Shown in pieces: positions 39,768 through 54,394 of a DNA stretch of 64,000 nucleotides. The notes beneath the pieces were generated by a model. The model did no database searches. It worked only from the letters and a program-made list of their open reading frames with translations, and was not told the origin of the DNA. The first letter of the stretch is position 1. Every line of letters begins with the position of its first letter. Source of the DNA: Octopus vulgaris (taxonomy: Eukaryota). The translations under genes were made by a program, and so were the position numbers. The stretch covers positions 9,920,001 to 9,984,000 of the forward strand of contig OX597817.1 in NCBI GenBank assembly GCA_951406725.2. The letters run 5' to 3'.

Positions 39768-40601
39768 GTTTCTAGCCGCCTCTGATATGTAGTCTCAGTA
39801 TTACACTTTCATTTGCAGCTGAAACCGAAGTTATAGCTGTAAACCACATTGAGCACACCTAGTAAATCCCTATTTCATTGTGTGATCATCGCATTGACTA
39901 TGACAGAGAAGGTTGAGCAGCGAATATGCATAAAATTTTGCAAAATGCTAGGCGATACCTGCTCAGAGCCTACGCAAAGTTTTGAAAACGTTTTCATCGA
40001 TCTCGACATAATCAAGGAGATCTTGTGCGAATGAAACCCGAGGGTCTTTTTGCTCACCTGAAAGCAGTTTTGGTTCAAACTTGGCAGTCACACGCGTCTC
40101 ATACCCAAGTCTTCAGTGATAATAGACTGAACTGAACCGTAACTAATCTAAAAATCCTCTGATAACTCACGGACGGGGATTCGACGATTTCCCCTCACAG
40201 CTGCACGCACATCTGCGATGTTTTTCTCATTTCTGCTAGTTGCGGGTCTTCCAGAACGTTCATCGATATCGACATTTTATCGGCCATCTTGAAAACGTCT
40301 GAAACACTCGTACACTTGTGTTCGGCTCATACACTCCTCTCCATACACTTTCTGCAATATTGTGTAGGTTTCTGAGTAAGTATCGCTATGGCAACTTTTC
40401 CTGTCATTTTCAATGCGACGATCACACGCTACACACGTTCCTTCCAAGCTCTGCTGTAAACAGCGGAAGTGAGCAAGAACTTTAAAACACAGAGCTCATA
40501 CACAGCGAACTTTAAGGTGAATCTTTGCTTAGCCGCTTCACTTTGCATGCTTTAGCGTCGTTACTATGGCAACAGACCTGATACTAAGTGATCAAACCTC
40601 G
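39764..40601. mobile_element. Rearranged mariner derivative with an inverted transposase N-terminal region
   Basis: + strand MTEKVEQRICIKFCKMLG; - strand SETYTILQKVYGEECMSRTQVYE.F.RF..G...D.ERSGRP...AKFEPKLL; TIR-like TA-CGAGGTTTGATCA on the minus strand at 40601. Confidence 0.85.
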
Positions 40602-40635
40602 TATACACATACTAACACACATACATATATATACA

Positions 40636-40695
<60 letters not shown>

Positions 40696-40849
40696 TACAT
40701 ACATACATACATATATATATTTTTTTTATAAATATTTACATATATATATAGAATAGTGGTACAACAATGCACCAGTATTTACTGAAAAATTGCAGTCGAT
40801 AATATATAACGTTATAGTAAAGCGTCATTGTATATACATATATATGTAT

Positions 40850-40934
<85 letters not shown>

Positions 40935-41310
40935 TGTATGTATGTATGTATGTATAGATGTGTGTGTGTGTGTATATATATATACATGCGTCCGCGCAGC
41001 CAAAATTCCCATTGATTAGCTCTAATTGAGCAACTTCTGTCTAAGTTTTCTAATGGAGTTTACACCGTCTCGTTTTAAGGCGGGAGCTTGTCATAATTAG
41101 AGTCAGTTGATTGTCTTTTCAAGCATGCTTTGTGGCAATGCTGCATCTCTCTCAATGGCCTTTATACACAGGCGCGCACGATTTTATATATTAATGTATG
41201 TCTACAGATTTACACACATATACAAATTTTTTTAGCTGAGTGGACTTCGTAAGCGTGAGATGAACTACTTTACTTGAGGGCTGCCCTGTCCCGAACCTGA
41301 ACTCATTTCT

Positions 41311-41570
41311 TGGAATGGCGACAGAAAGGCTTTGGCCAACAAAACTGATGGACTTATTTCTTAACAGTATTATTAATCAAGCAGTCATGTAGTTAGTTGA
41401 TTAAATAGCTTGCCTAGAGAAATAATAAAGAGTGAAATTGAGCCAGCGCGTGTGTTTATTATTGGCATAATAGCCGTCCCGAAATACAACAAAATTTGTA
41501 TCAACACAAAAGTTAACATTAAGAATCTTCCAAATCATATACTAAAGCTAAATGTTCATAATTATTTTTT
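41311..41570 (+). mobile_element. Solitary diverged homolog of the PLE 3' terminal region
   Basis: GAAAGGCTTTGGCC, GCGTGTGTTTATTATTGGC and CCGAAATACAAC..TCAACACA..AATCTT are colinear with 19628-19830. Confidence 0.65.
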
Positions 41571-42255
41571 TCATATATGTTTTACACAATATTATAAATA
41601 GACAAGAGAAGGCACCCGCTACTATTAGCATTTGTACGCAATGAGTTATACCCTTTACGAAAACTTCGGCTCGGTTTAGCATAAAGAAACTGGAAGTGTC
41701 ACTACGTAAACATATATAAATCTTCCGGTTTATCGTTTAATTGTTGTTTAACCTTAGAGTAAGGGACTATAAGTTATATGATGTGCGTGTGTTTGTGTGT
41801 CAAAAGGTATTTTAAACATTGTAAACATTGTGTAGCTTCTGCATGTGTTATTTTAAGAGAAAGGATGAATGAGTCATAATTTAACTTCTCTGCGGCCAAT
41901 ATTTCGAGAAGTGTAGTCAAATTATATCTATAAATCTATAATTACGATAGCAAAAGTATGTCTTGTATGTATTAGTAAATCGTACAAGAGTAGAAGTTAG
42001 GAAATTGTAAATATTTAATATGAAAGAGGAAGATAAAATCAATTTAATGGAAAAATATTTATTGTTCAAATTTGTGAGATTTGTATTGACTCTGTTTTTA
42101 TAGAAACCATCGATTTATTCCTTTATACTGATGAAATTAACTCATTCATCTTTAATAATTTCAGACACACACACACAAATACATATACATATATGCATAA
42201 ACTTTTATATGAATATATATGTATAAGTATATATATTTGAGTGTGTGTGTGTGTG

Positions 42256-42657
<402 letters not shown>

Positions 42658-43927
42658 CTCGCTCGTCTCATCACAACTTTTTGCAATGAACATTTTATTT
42701 CACTTGATTAAATCCTATATTTGATTAATAATTGATAATTCTCTACTCTGCAAATATTTTTACGAATGTACAAACTGACAGGAATGGTTATAAAACATTG
42801 AATACTCGAAGTAAAATCATTGTATAGCAAATAAGTACTAAAAATAAAGATAAAGGCGTTTAGCAACACTTTTATTCCAGTTAATTCATTGCAAAGAAAG
42901 GTTCTGGATAGATTTAGGTTTTAGAAGAGATGGGTACTTTTGTAGGAAGAGGAAATATTATATAAGCAATAAGAAGGTAAAATGAAGAGAAGAAAGGTAG
43001 GTAGTAGGAGAAAAGGTTGTTGAATAGTAAGAAATTGAAAGAGAGGTGCGTGATCGTTGAAAGAGGAAAAATTCTTGAAAAAAATAATGGAGTTAGAAGA
43101 AGGATTGTAAAAATGTAAAATGTGAGAAGCACGTGGAAGTTTACAGGATTGTTTTGAGTATTATGTCAGTAAGTTGAAGTGTTTAATATAACGAAAGAGG
43201 AAATGGAAGGGAAATCTTTGAATTTATTGAAGTGTTGGACACACATAAGCGTTTGGAAATTGTTATATAACTCTCAATAATCATTACTTTACAGTGTCAA
43301 TGTTCAACTATTCATTTGTGTTCTTTAAGATATCCTTTAGAAATATGTCTTTAATTAAGTCATATCAGGTGGGTGGATTAATAGTCACGTAAATAAATTA
43401 TCGCATTCTTTTAGTTATTCATTAAGATCTTTTACCTTTCACGAAAATATTGTAAGGGAATGAACGAGAAACAGACAGAACGGAAAATATATTCTTATAG
43501 TTTGTTTACCTAAAGACTTTTGAAATTAACGAGTGGGTGTATGCCTCAAAACTTCATATTCTTTTGTAAGTGCAAGAAAGTCATTTTATATCGCCACAAT
43601 GTGCGCATAATCAATCATATTGTCTCTCAAATTTTATTTTGAAAATTATTGGAAAACGTAGCTTTCACCTGACATTTATCCAAAAACGATGGGAAAAATT
43701 ATCGTTGACTGTTTAGAAAAGACATCGCTTGTTCCGTGGAATATTTATATTATGTTGTTGTTTTTTTCCAGTACGTCAATGATGTGTTTTCTTTTTTCTT
43801 TTTCTACACACAACAAGTAAAGCCATATAAACCCTATTCAAATGCAAAAATATCCGTTTCAAGCAGGATTCATGATAAATTTTCTTACTCGAAATAAGCT
43901 TCGATAGTTTTGATATTTATTTAATGT

Positions 43928-44365
43928 AAGGCGGCGAGGTGACAGAAACGTGTAAGGCGGCGAGCTGGCAGAAACGTTAGCACGCCGGGCGAAATGCGTA
44001 GCCGTATTTCGTCTGCAGTTACGTTCTGAGTTCAAATCCCACCGAGGTCGACTTTGCCTTTCATCCTTTCGGGGTCGATAAATAAAGAACCAGTTACGCA
44101 CTGGGTTCGATGTAATCGACTTAATCCGTTTGTCTGTCCTTGTTTGTCCCCTCTGTGTATAGCCCCTTGTGGGTAGTAAAGAAATAGGTATTTCGTCTGT
44201 CGTTACGCTCTGAGTTCAAATCCCACCGAGGTCGCCTTTGCCTTTCATCCTTTCGGGGTCGATAAATAAAGAACCAGTTACGCACTGGGTTCGATGTAAT
44301 CGACTTAAGCCGTTTGTCTGTCCTTGTTTGTCCCCTCTATGTTTAGCCCCTTTTGGGCAGTAAAG

Positions 44366-44369
<4 letters not shown>
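43928..44369 (+). mobile_element. SINE family C dimer with a duplicated 5' tip
   Basis: AAGGCGGCGAG..AGAAACG twice; body repeated; junction AAGAAATAG|GTATTTCGTCTG at about 44188. Confidence 0.92.
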
Positions 44370-44397
<28 letters not shown>

Positions 44398-44418
44398 CGG
44401 CGTACGTACACTCTGGTT

Positions 44419-44469
<51 letters not shown>

Positions 44470-45700
44470 CATTCGTTTAACATGAATAGCGACAAAGCAC
44501 GTAATCATTGACAAGGAGGGGGATATCTTAGGACACCCACTCTCCCGATTATCATTCACCTACATAATTATTGACAATAAACAATGAATGTTCCTCTTGT
44601 TCAGTCATCAGAGTTACCTACAAACTGAAATATAATGGCCATACTTCAGTATTTCATAAATACCTTTAATTTAAATGTGTCATTTAGCAAGTTTGTAGAC
44701 AACCGTGGCTCTTTAGAATACCTGTAAAATCCACGCAATGGATTTCTACCGAGTGGTGTTAAGCAACCCAATATTACACTCATAATTCTTAGAACCACTG
44801 CAGATTTTAAAAGAAAAGACTTACTCAAGATGCAGTACCGTTCGAAGGCTCGAAATCATGTTACAAAGGCAATGTTATTAATTATGGAAATGTTTATAAG
44901 TAAATATAGAAAGAAAATAGATAAAATATAGACAGGTAGACAGATTTCTTGATAAGAAGACAGCTTTTTGCGAGACAATTAAGACACATGAATCCGGTGA
45001 GTTTGTTTTTAACAACTCAAGGATTACGATAAAATAAACAGATTTCTCAATCCCGGTTGCTAGATTAATATCTACTATTTAGACACGGTAAATCTCAAAG
45101 AAATTGCTTTACTTGAAAAACAAAATATATTCTTTTAACTCGAAGTTGACAAAGAGATGCCAAACGTTTAATTAAACTTCTATTTATAGAGTGAGAGAGA
45201 CAGTGTTTTCTTCCCAATTAAATTAAAATGAAAGTATATTGCGTGAGGTAATGAATATATGACTGGAACATGCAATTATAATTGAGAGTGTTGTCATTTG
45301 CAGGGCAAAATTAGACCAATGACTTCTACGTGTTGGGAGAGAATGTCTGTTCTAATGCTTCACTCACACATGCACATACTCACACACACACACATGTGCA
45401 CACATACAAACACTATATGTATATATATAGAGAGAAAGAGTGAGTGGGTGAGTGAGTGACATTGACAAACAGACACACAGACAGTGAGAGCTGCAGGTTG
45501 GATTACAGATTAGTGAACAGATGACAGAAATATACTGCAAGGTTTTGATATTAATAGACAAATAATGAAGGATTAAAGAAGTGTATAATTAATTTCTCTG
45601 TATATGATTAGTAAAAACATGGTCTCTCCAAAGCGCAAGATCTAATTGGAAACAAAACTGACGGGAATTCTTTTGAATCAAATACAAAAATCCTGAATCT

Positions 45701-45769
<69 letters not shown>

Positions 45770-45771
45770 TG

Positions 45772-45832
<61 letters not shown>

Positions 45833-45834
45833 TG

Positions 45835-45929
<95 letters not shown>

Positions 45930-45934
45930 TGTGT

Positions 45935-45977
<43 letters not shown>

Positions 45978-46002
45978 TGATGTGTGTGTGTGTGTCTGTG
46001 TG
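45701..46002. repeat. (TG)n tract with recurring TCTGA interruptions
   Basis: Direct. Confidence 0.95.
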
Positions 46003-46210
46003 TATCCATAACATAATTTATTGCTTCATTTGATAATGGAAACTTTTTTTGACTTTACAGCTTTTCTTTTCATGAAACATTTTTTTGTTACATCTGATAT
46101 GATTCCAAATATACATTGTTTTTTACACTTTTACATAAAGATTTGTCTTACACCCCAGTAAACACCACATGGCTAGTTAGAAAACATTTACTCAACAGTA
46201 TATCATAAAC

Positions 46211-46494
46211 GTGGAGGCGCAATGGCCTAGTGGACTCGCGGTCGCAGGATCGTGGTTTCGATTCCCAGACCGGGTGTTGTGTGTGTTTATTGAGCGAAAA
46301 CACCTAAAAGCTCCACGAGGCTCCGGCAGGGGTGGTGATCCCTGCTGTACTCTTTCACCACTCTTTCTCCCACTCTTTCTTCTGTTGGCCTGCTCGCTTA
46401 GCCAGCGGGGTGGCGTCATTCGAAGTCTAAAACAATGCGAACGCATTGTGACCAGCGATGTGTAACAACATCTGATGGTCTGGTCGGTCACATG
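46211..46494 (+). mobile_element. SINE family A head with tail type 2
   Basis: 11-bp TSD ATATCATAAAC (46200-46210 / 46495-46505); short deletion in the head. Confidence 0.9.
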
Positions 46495-47519
46495 ATATCA
46501 TAAACACTAATCAGTATCTGACCTGTTTCTCCATTTGACCTCTTTCGATGATACTAAAACAACAATGTAAGAAGTTGAAAATCACTTTTGTACAAGCCCT
46601 TCCGTTTGCCCTGGTTGCATTCATTCCCTCCGTTATGAATAAGTCCTTTGGCGAATCTTTCTTACCCAGAGCTATACGACCACAGGAATCAGTCTCCAGA
46701 AATATGAGCTAATAGGTTATTTGACCTTCTCAAATCATGTCTGACCATATCTATAATGCTAGCGTAGACATATCTAACTAAGTACAAAAAGACGGATTGG
46801 GATTGTCTGGAATTGCAATCATAATGAGTTTCCTCAATCAGAACTGACCAGGGTGCGAAAAGAAACAAAAAAAAAAGAAAGCGATTAACATCAATTTACT
46901 AACCAAAGTCAGAAGAAAAGCATCAAAATATTTTGTGAAATACTGACCTATCTCTGTTAATTTGTGATTGCAATTATCAGTCGACTAAAAAGAAAGTACG
47001 CGAACAGCAATCGCAAATACAGATGTAGTTTTATTTGACGAGTTTCATCTCATCGGAGTAATCATGGTATCCTAGTTAAGTCAATGTAACTAGATAGAAT
47101 ATTTACACTAGGCGCAAGAATAATGCTTAATTCGACAAGGCTATTTTACGGGTACTCCTGTTATAAACATGGTTTAAGCCAAAATTTAGAGGAATAATAA
47201 AAAAAAAAAAAACTAAGGCCTCTGAAAACTTTACTCCAACGCCATATTGCTTGTGATATCGCCTTGTTTCCATCTAATTAACAAATCATGAATACACGTA
47301 TTTCTGATCGCATTGTCATACTTCTTTCCATATTCGATAATATAATGAAATTATATTGTTTCTAAATATTTTTCTTGAGATTTTGTGATCGATACTGTTG
47401 TCTTATAATTCTTCCACTAATTCCCTATTGTTCCTGAAACTATTCAGTTCTGTCCGAAAATTTATTAAAAGTAGCTTTAATATTTTATGCTTACGTTTCT
47501 TTCTTTTCTATCATTTCAG

Positions 47520-47767
47520 ATCGATGCCGTAGATAACAAATATTATTAACGAGATCGAAATCAGCAGAGCTACTCAGATCTTCGATACGGCTCAAAAAAT
47601 ATAAGCATCATGAAGACTTAATCCCCAAAGCAGCTGGGCATAAATAACTGACCAGATGTGAAACAATATACTGTATATGCAACTGGTCATATCAAGGCTG
47701 GGAATTTGTGGACACTTATAGTGTCGGCATTCTTTTCACCGAACCTATACCTGTGCTGAAAACGAAG
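47520..47767 (+). other. Candidate non-coding exon
   Basis: Polypyrimidine tract + TTTCAG acceptor, AAG|GTATGC donor, non-repetitive content; stops in all three frames. Confidence 0.3.
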
Positions 47768-47807
47768 GTATGCATTGATTTTCTATACTTTAATATTTTG
47801 TTTATCG

Positions 47808-48000
47808 TTTGCTTCTTTCAGTCATTAGAACACGGTCATACTGGAGCACTGCCTTGAAAAATTTTAGTCGGACGAATCAACCACAGAACTTCCTTTTTTT
47901 TATTTTTGAGTCTAGTACTTATTCTATCGGTTTCTTTTACTGAACCGCTAGATTAAAGGGACGTAAACACCGGTTGATAAGTGGTAGTGACACACACTCA
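47808..48000 (-). mobile_element. SINE family B 3' half, degenerate
   Basis: Reverse-complement similarity to the family B tail. Confidence 0.7.
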
Positions 48001-48128
48001 TACACTGAGACACAAACACACACAAACATACACACATATACATACATACACACATACATACACACACCTACATGCATAGTTATGTATGTATGTATGTATG
48101 TATTTATGTATGTATGTATGTACGTATG

Positions 48129-48203
<75 letters not shown>

Positions 48204-48532
48204 ACGTAGACATGGCCACAGTCTTAAGAAGGTCTGTTATTGACGATACCATTTCGAAATCGAGCCCACTGCATGGATTGTGGGTATGTGTGTTTGAGAT
48301 AATCTTGTGTTGACCTAAGCTTTGTGAAGGAAATTAGACAGATGGAATTGGTGAAAAATCCCAAGCAAATTGATTATTATCGTGAATTAAAAGGTCGGCT
48401 TTGTTATCACATCCGCTGATTCCCTCCGGGAGTTAGACATTCGTGTTCTGCAAAATACTCAACTACTTAACCCATAAACCAGTCTGACGCTGGAGCAATT
48501 TGAACATTCAGTGCCGCAACCGACGGGGGTTC

Positions 48533-48584
<52 letters not shown>

Positions 48585-49021
48585 ATGTGCTTGTGTGTGT
48601 GTGTGTGCGTGTGTGTGTTTGCGTGTATTTGTATAAGATATATATGCTAATATCCGATGGGTAGTTAAGGCTCCCCATTGGTTTCACGTTACGGTAAGTC
48701 ACTCAATAGTAAGGACTTGCTTACATGAAACCAATGGTAACCTTTACCCATAAATAAAGTATGTATATATATTAATATATATATGTAGTTAAATATATTC
48801 AATGAGAATGCAGTATACTGCGAATAAGTGCTCCTGGTACGGAAATGTCTAAAACCTTAAAGGTATTTAGACATATAATAAGAGCGATTATATATTATAA
48901 AGTAAAAGCAGGAAAAATTGCATTAAAAACTCATTACAGAAGATATATGCCCAAAATAATATTGTATTAATAGATAAATATATAAATATATCAAGTATGG
49001 TTATTTAAAAAGTTTGAAATA

Positions 49022-49110
49022 CCTTACGATCGTTTCATAGATGTATCACCCTTCGATATGAAATCTAAAACTGATAATCATTATTAGGTAATACAACCAC
49101 CCGTCAGAGA
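49022..49110 (-). ncRNA. Type-I hammerhead with extended stem II (A9G variant)
   Basis: Minus strand TCT-CTGACGG-GTGGTTGTATTACCT...GGGTGATACATCTAT-GAAAC-GATC-GTA-AGG. Confidence 0.65.
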
Positions 49111-49219
49111 AGAAGGGTGCATTTCCTTGTAGTCAATCGAATGCTATTTAAAAAGCTTCAAATCACGCGGAAGTAACTTCGATTCAATCACTACAGTATT
49201 TTCATGGACTCGAGAAATT

Positions 49220-49370
49220 TTGGCACAATGTCAGCAATTTTGGGGGAGAGGGTAGGTCGATTTTATCAACCACCAAAGCTCAACTGGTACTTATTTCATC
49301 AAACTCGGAAGGATGAAAGTCGAAGTTGACCTCGGCGTATTAAAGATTCTGCCCGTTCGTTGCCTTTAAA
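49220..49370 (-). mobile_element. SINE family C fragment
   Basis: Reverse-complement core. Confidence 0.65.
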
Positions 49371-49596
49371 TTACTAAACTATTGCTTTTGTCGGGATTTT
49401 ATGTCCATCTGGCTCTAACTGGAACATAAACCGGCCTCTCTTATTCTCCCTGTTGTTGATGATGTAGTTATTGTTGCACTAGCTGCTGCTTTTATGATTG
49501 CTGGTGGTGGTTTTTGTTGTCGCTCAGTCTTTGAGGGCTCTAAGTTAACTTTCCAGTCATTCCCATCTTTATTTCAGGCACAGTATATGTGTAACT

Positions 49597-49900
49597 GTGG
49601 AGGCACATGGCCTAGTGGTTAGAGCAGCAGACTTGCGGTCGAGAGATCGCGGGTTCGAATCTCAGACCGGGCGATGTGTCTGCTTATGAGCGAAACACGT
49701 AAGCTCCACGCAGCTCCGGTAGAAGGTAATGGCAAAACTTCTGCTGACTCTTTCGCCACAACTTTCTCACACTCTTTCCTCCTGCATCTTGCAGCTCACC
49801 TGCAAAGAACCGGGGTCCCGTCCAGGTGGGGAACCTATACGCCAAGGAAACCGGGAAACCGGCCCTATGAGCCAGGCGAGGCTCGAGAAGGAACAAACAA
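49597..49900 (+). mobile_element. SINE family A-related head with tail type 3
   Basis: A/B boxes (GGTTCGAATC); degenerate TSD TATGTGTAACT/TATCTATAACT; CAAACAA tail. Confidence 0.85.
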
Positions 49901-50389
49901 TATCTATAACTAAATTTTGCAAAGAATTCCCTTTTCTATCTTGAATTTGAAGGAGATCCGATTGCTATTCTCTCCAGATCGAATGACTGCACAGAAGTTT
50001 TATACTTAGCGTGTAAAGTTTACAGATATTGGAAACAATATGCATGATCTGTGAGTGATAAAAGACACTGAATTCTTTCACACGAGTTACAAAACTATTT
50101 TGGATTGAATTTGGATTAGAATGCGAAAATGGTGAACATCAATTTCGTACTTTTCTAAGGCTTTAAAAATGTCTGTCATTGAAAGGACGTCGCAATATCT
50201 TTACATGAAAGAATTTTTTTTTTTTTTTTTTTTTTTATGGAACTTGCCTTATTCTAAATTTCCAACGTTGGTTCAAAGCCACACATTTGAGTGAGGATGT
50301 ATTTTAGTTGGTTTTATTTTTATTGTAATGAAAAGTTTTTGTGAAAAGAGTGTATATAGCTGTTGTTCTTTTTATTGCCAAATGTTTGA

Positions 50390-50765
50390 TGTGTAGTCGA
50401 TTGACTCTAGTACTCAGCTGGTACTTGTTTTCCCGATCCCGGAAGGATATAATGTGAATCCTACCTCGACGGGTTCTCAACTGAAGTAAATGCCACTAGG
50501 AATTTTATCCGTCACTCTACTGATTCTTTCAATCTGCCCCCAACATTATACCGAATTCCGACAAACAGTAAGCTTCAAATCATGGGGAAGTGTCTTCGAT
50601 TCAATCGCTATATCATTTGAGTTGTACCTTTATCATGGACTCGAGAATGATGACGGCAAAGTCGACTTAGGCTGGATTTGAACTCATAACTTCAAGGTTT
50701 GCAACCAAATACCTCAAGTTGTTCTTTCCGTCTATCTACTGATTCTGCCAATCCACCGCCCACAG
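50390..50765 (-). mobile_element. Two degenerate SINE family C fragments
   Basis: Residual core matches (CTGGTACTT..GGAAGGAT; GGCAAAGTCGACTT..ATTTGAACTC). Confidence 0.5.
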
Positions 50766-52618
50766 CATTTTACTTACCTTTCTTGTAGTCGAGAGAAAAT
50801 GAAATAATGTGACGTGTATTCTTTTCTCAGATGCAAAATAGAATAAGTGAGATAGCTTTACTGCAGTCAACTCAATGATATTCACCGTAAAGTTATGAAC
50901 TCCTGCAATATCGGGACACAGACGTATCACCAATGTTTCTAATAAGTTGTGTTAATTATGCTCACTTTCGGAATATAACCTAACGTCTCTCTGGCGAGTC
51001 TTCCCGTATAATTTAAACGATGTTTACATTATTCCATGCTGCTAGATGACTTTGTTCTTTCGTTAGTCGGTGAATCCTCCCGACCGGTACCACGTGGGTG
51101 TAAAAACATTGCTAGAATATGGCTCTTGTTTCACTGGTATTTCTTAACATGCAAATGAAAAGGTAAGAAAAGCTGAATGATTCTACATACATATCAAACA
51201 ACGACTGCCAATTCTGTAATAGTGAAAACAATAATTTTATTTAATACATGTATTTAATCTTGGAGACATTTGTGTATCTTCGTGTTAATATCTGACAGAA
51301 TGTAGTAGTCTCTATGAATGTATATCAATGTGTGTGTCTGTGAATGTTGGCTTGTCTATCGCGTTATATTGTTAAATTCTGTAACATTACAGCTTAGAGT
51401 TCGTGCTTTTCATTTAACATTCAGACATATATATTTCACATATACATACATATTTATGCGCAGAGTCTCGAACGCATTTATATTTGTACGTGTACAGACA
51501 TAGGTGTATCTGCATATATAAGTACAAGTACGTGTATTTATATCTGTTTGTGTTTATTTATATCTCTTTAAATTCATTTAAATATTAATATACCTGGTGC
51601 ACTTATAAAATATAAACGCATAGACGCATACACAGGCACACATATATACACAGTCGCATATATATATATATATATATATATGAATATCTGAAAACAAATA
51701 TATATATATAGATATTTATAAATGTATATTTGTGTGTGTGTGTGTTCTATTTGCAAGTTGTCGACGCGCCAAAGTTAGGTGGAGTCCGTTTTCATCTACA
51801 AAAACCTTTCTATCACCTTTTCACTAGAACCGCTGAAGCTAGCAACCCACCACACGCGGCTCCATCGTTTTCTCTCTCTCTCTCTGCCTCTCTTCATTTT
51901 CTTTTTTCTTTCAGTTTCTCCTCTCAGTCTCTCATTCTTCTTCTTTCGTGTTTTACTTTCTCTCTCTCTCACACATTCCATATATCATTAGTAAGACGCT
52001 CTGATTTGTTTTGTTTCACTTATAGCTGAACTTATAGCCTTTTAGCAAATTCATAAATTCATTCCATTCGAACCTCTGTTTCCTTGGTCCGTAATCTTAG
52101 CAACTCTTCGCAGATTCAAAACGACGATATTCTTCGTGCTCAGAAAGGAAACTTCTTGGACTGATGTCTGTCAGAACAAACATTGTCAATGATGGAGTTG
52201 AAAAGTGGCTGACAGAAATGGGAAGGAAGTTGTTACGCCATGGTTTTTTTCCCGTCTACTTCATCTTATTTCTGAATATATTTTGTATATATAGTTTGAT
52301 TCGCTCGGTGTTCTTCGTACTTTTTTTATGTCTGCATGTAGGAGTATTTTTCCTTGTTACTGATACTGATGCTGTTGTTGTTATGGTGATAAGGAGGGTG
52401 GTGGTGGTGGGTGGGGCTAATAATACTGTTGTTGCTGGTGTTGTTGTTAATGTCGTAGTTATCCACGCTGGTCGATATCCGTTGAAGTATGACATATTGA
52501 TCATGTCGCCGTTCCGCTCCTTTCTTCTTTACGTTTTCTTAATATTTTCTTAATCTTTATTTTTTTTTCCCCATTCATCCTTTTATTTCCCCTCTCACAC
52601 CTCTTCCTTCTCTTTACG

Positions 52619-52634
52619 CTACTACTACTACTAT

Positions 52635-52682
<48 letters not shown>

Positions 52683-52872
52683 CACTACTACTACTACTAC
52701 TAGTACTACAACTACTACTACCACCACCACCGCCACCACCACCACTACTACTAGTACTACAACTACTACTACCACCACCACCACCATCACTACAACTACT
52801 ACTACTACAACTACTACTACAACAACTACTACTACTATTACTACTACTACAACTACTACAACTACTACTACA

Positions 52873-52920
<48 letters not shown>

Positions 52921-53387
52921 GCCGATTCTTCTTAACCTCCTTCCATCTTCCGTTCCGTCTTTCCCTCTTTCAACATTACACTGCTTTTTAGCCCCAGGTC
53001 GGGATCCTGATTGAGCAGCCCTATGATCGAAATCCTTCCAGCCATATTCCATCCCGAACGTGTTTTGGTACAGTGAACGTAATATTTCCTCATTCTGTGC
53101 AGTAGATACCAACTTTTTTTTTCTTATGACAATGTGGTCGTGATATGATGTGAGGGAGATCTGCCTCTTGTTTCTAGCATACTCAGCGAACCTGAAGAGG
53201 CTTTCTTGTTGGCTTTCTACAAGGTTATTTGTTAACTCAGAGTATAACTACGATAGTTGCTCTAGTTGCTCTGCTCTCACTCGTGGCGATCATGATAGTG
53301 ATGATGATAGTGATGATGATAGTGATGATGATAGTGATGATGATGGTGCTGAATGTGACGACGACGACGACGACGACGATGATGAAA

Positions 53388-53438
<51 letters not shown>

Positions 53439-53444
53439 ATTATT

Positions 53445-53475
<31 letters not shown>

Positions 53476-53482
53476 TATTATT

Positions 53483-53513
<31 letters not shown>

Positions 53514-53639
53514 TATTATTATTATCATTATTATTATTATTATCATTATTGTGTTGATGATGATGATGATGATGATGATGGCAATAAGAGTAGCGGTGAT
53601 AGATATGAGTGGTGGTGGTGGTGATGGTGGTAGTGGTTA

Positions 53640-53680
<41 letters not shown>

Positions 53681-54146
53681 CGTGGTGGTGGTGGTGATGA
53701 TGATGATGATGATGATGATGATGAGGATGATGATGGAGGAGGAGACGGAGGAAGATAGTTGCTGTTTGGTAGCGGTGGCAGTGCTAAATTGTTGTTGAAT
53801 CTGTTGAATTTGTTTTCGTTGCTGTTGGCAATATTATTGCAAGCAATGTTATTGTTATTGCTATTGTTGTTGCTGTTTTAGTTGTTGATATGATTACTCT
53901 TGTTGTTTTTGGCAGTGTTGATAGAAGTGCGCGTATAGTGGTTGTGAGAAGAGAATGGAGTTAGTAGAGGGGAGGGGGTGACTAGTGTTGAAAATAGTAA
54001 TACTACTGATGAGGGAGAGATAACGGTATCGTAGCTGTGAAGAGAGGGTGTTGGCTGGAGTGACGGATTCAACGGTTTGAAGATGATGATGATGATGACG
54101 ATGATGATGATGATGATGGGGAGGAGGACGATGATGATGATGATGG

Positions 54147-54205
<59 letters not shown>

Positions 54206-54233
54206 GGGAGGAGGACGATGATGATGATGATGG

Positions 54234-54283
<50 letters not shown>

Positions 54284-54296
54284 GTGGTAGTGGTGG

Positions 54297-54348
<52 letters not shown>

Positions 54349-54350
54349 GG

Positions 54351-54394
<44 letters not shown>

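Noticed and set aside
52168-52217. TCTGTCAG/CTGACAGA inverted repeat as a pre-miRNA
   Set aside because: Only 8 bp pair; the interior is poorly paired.
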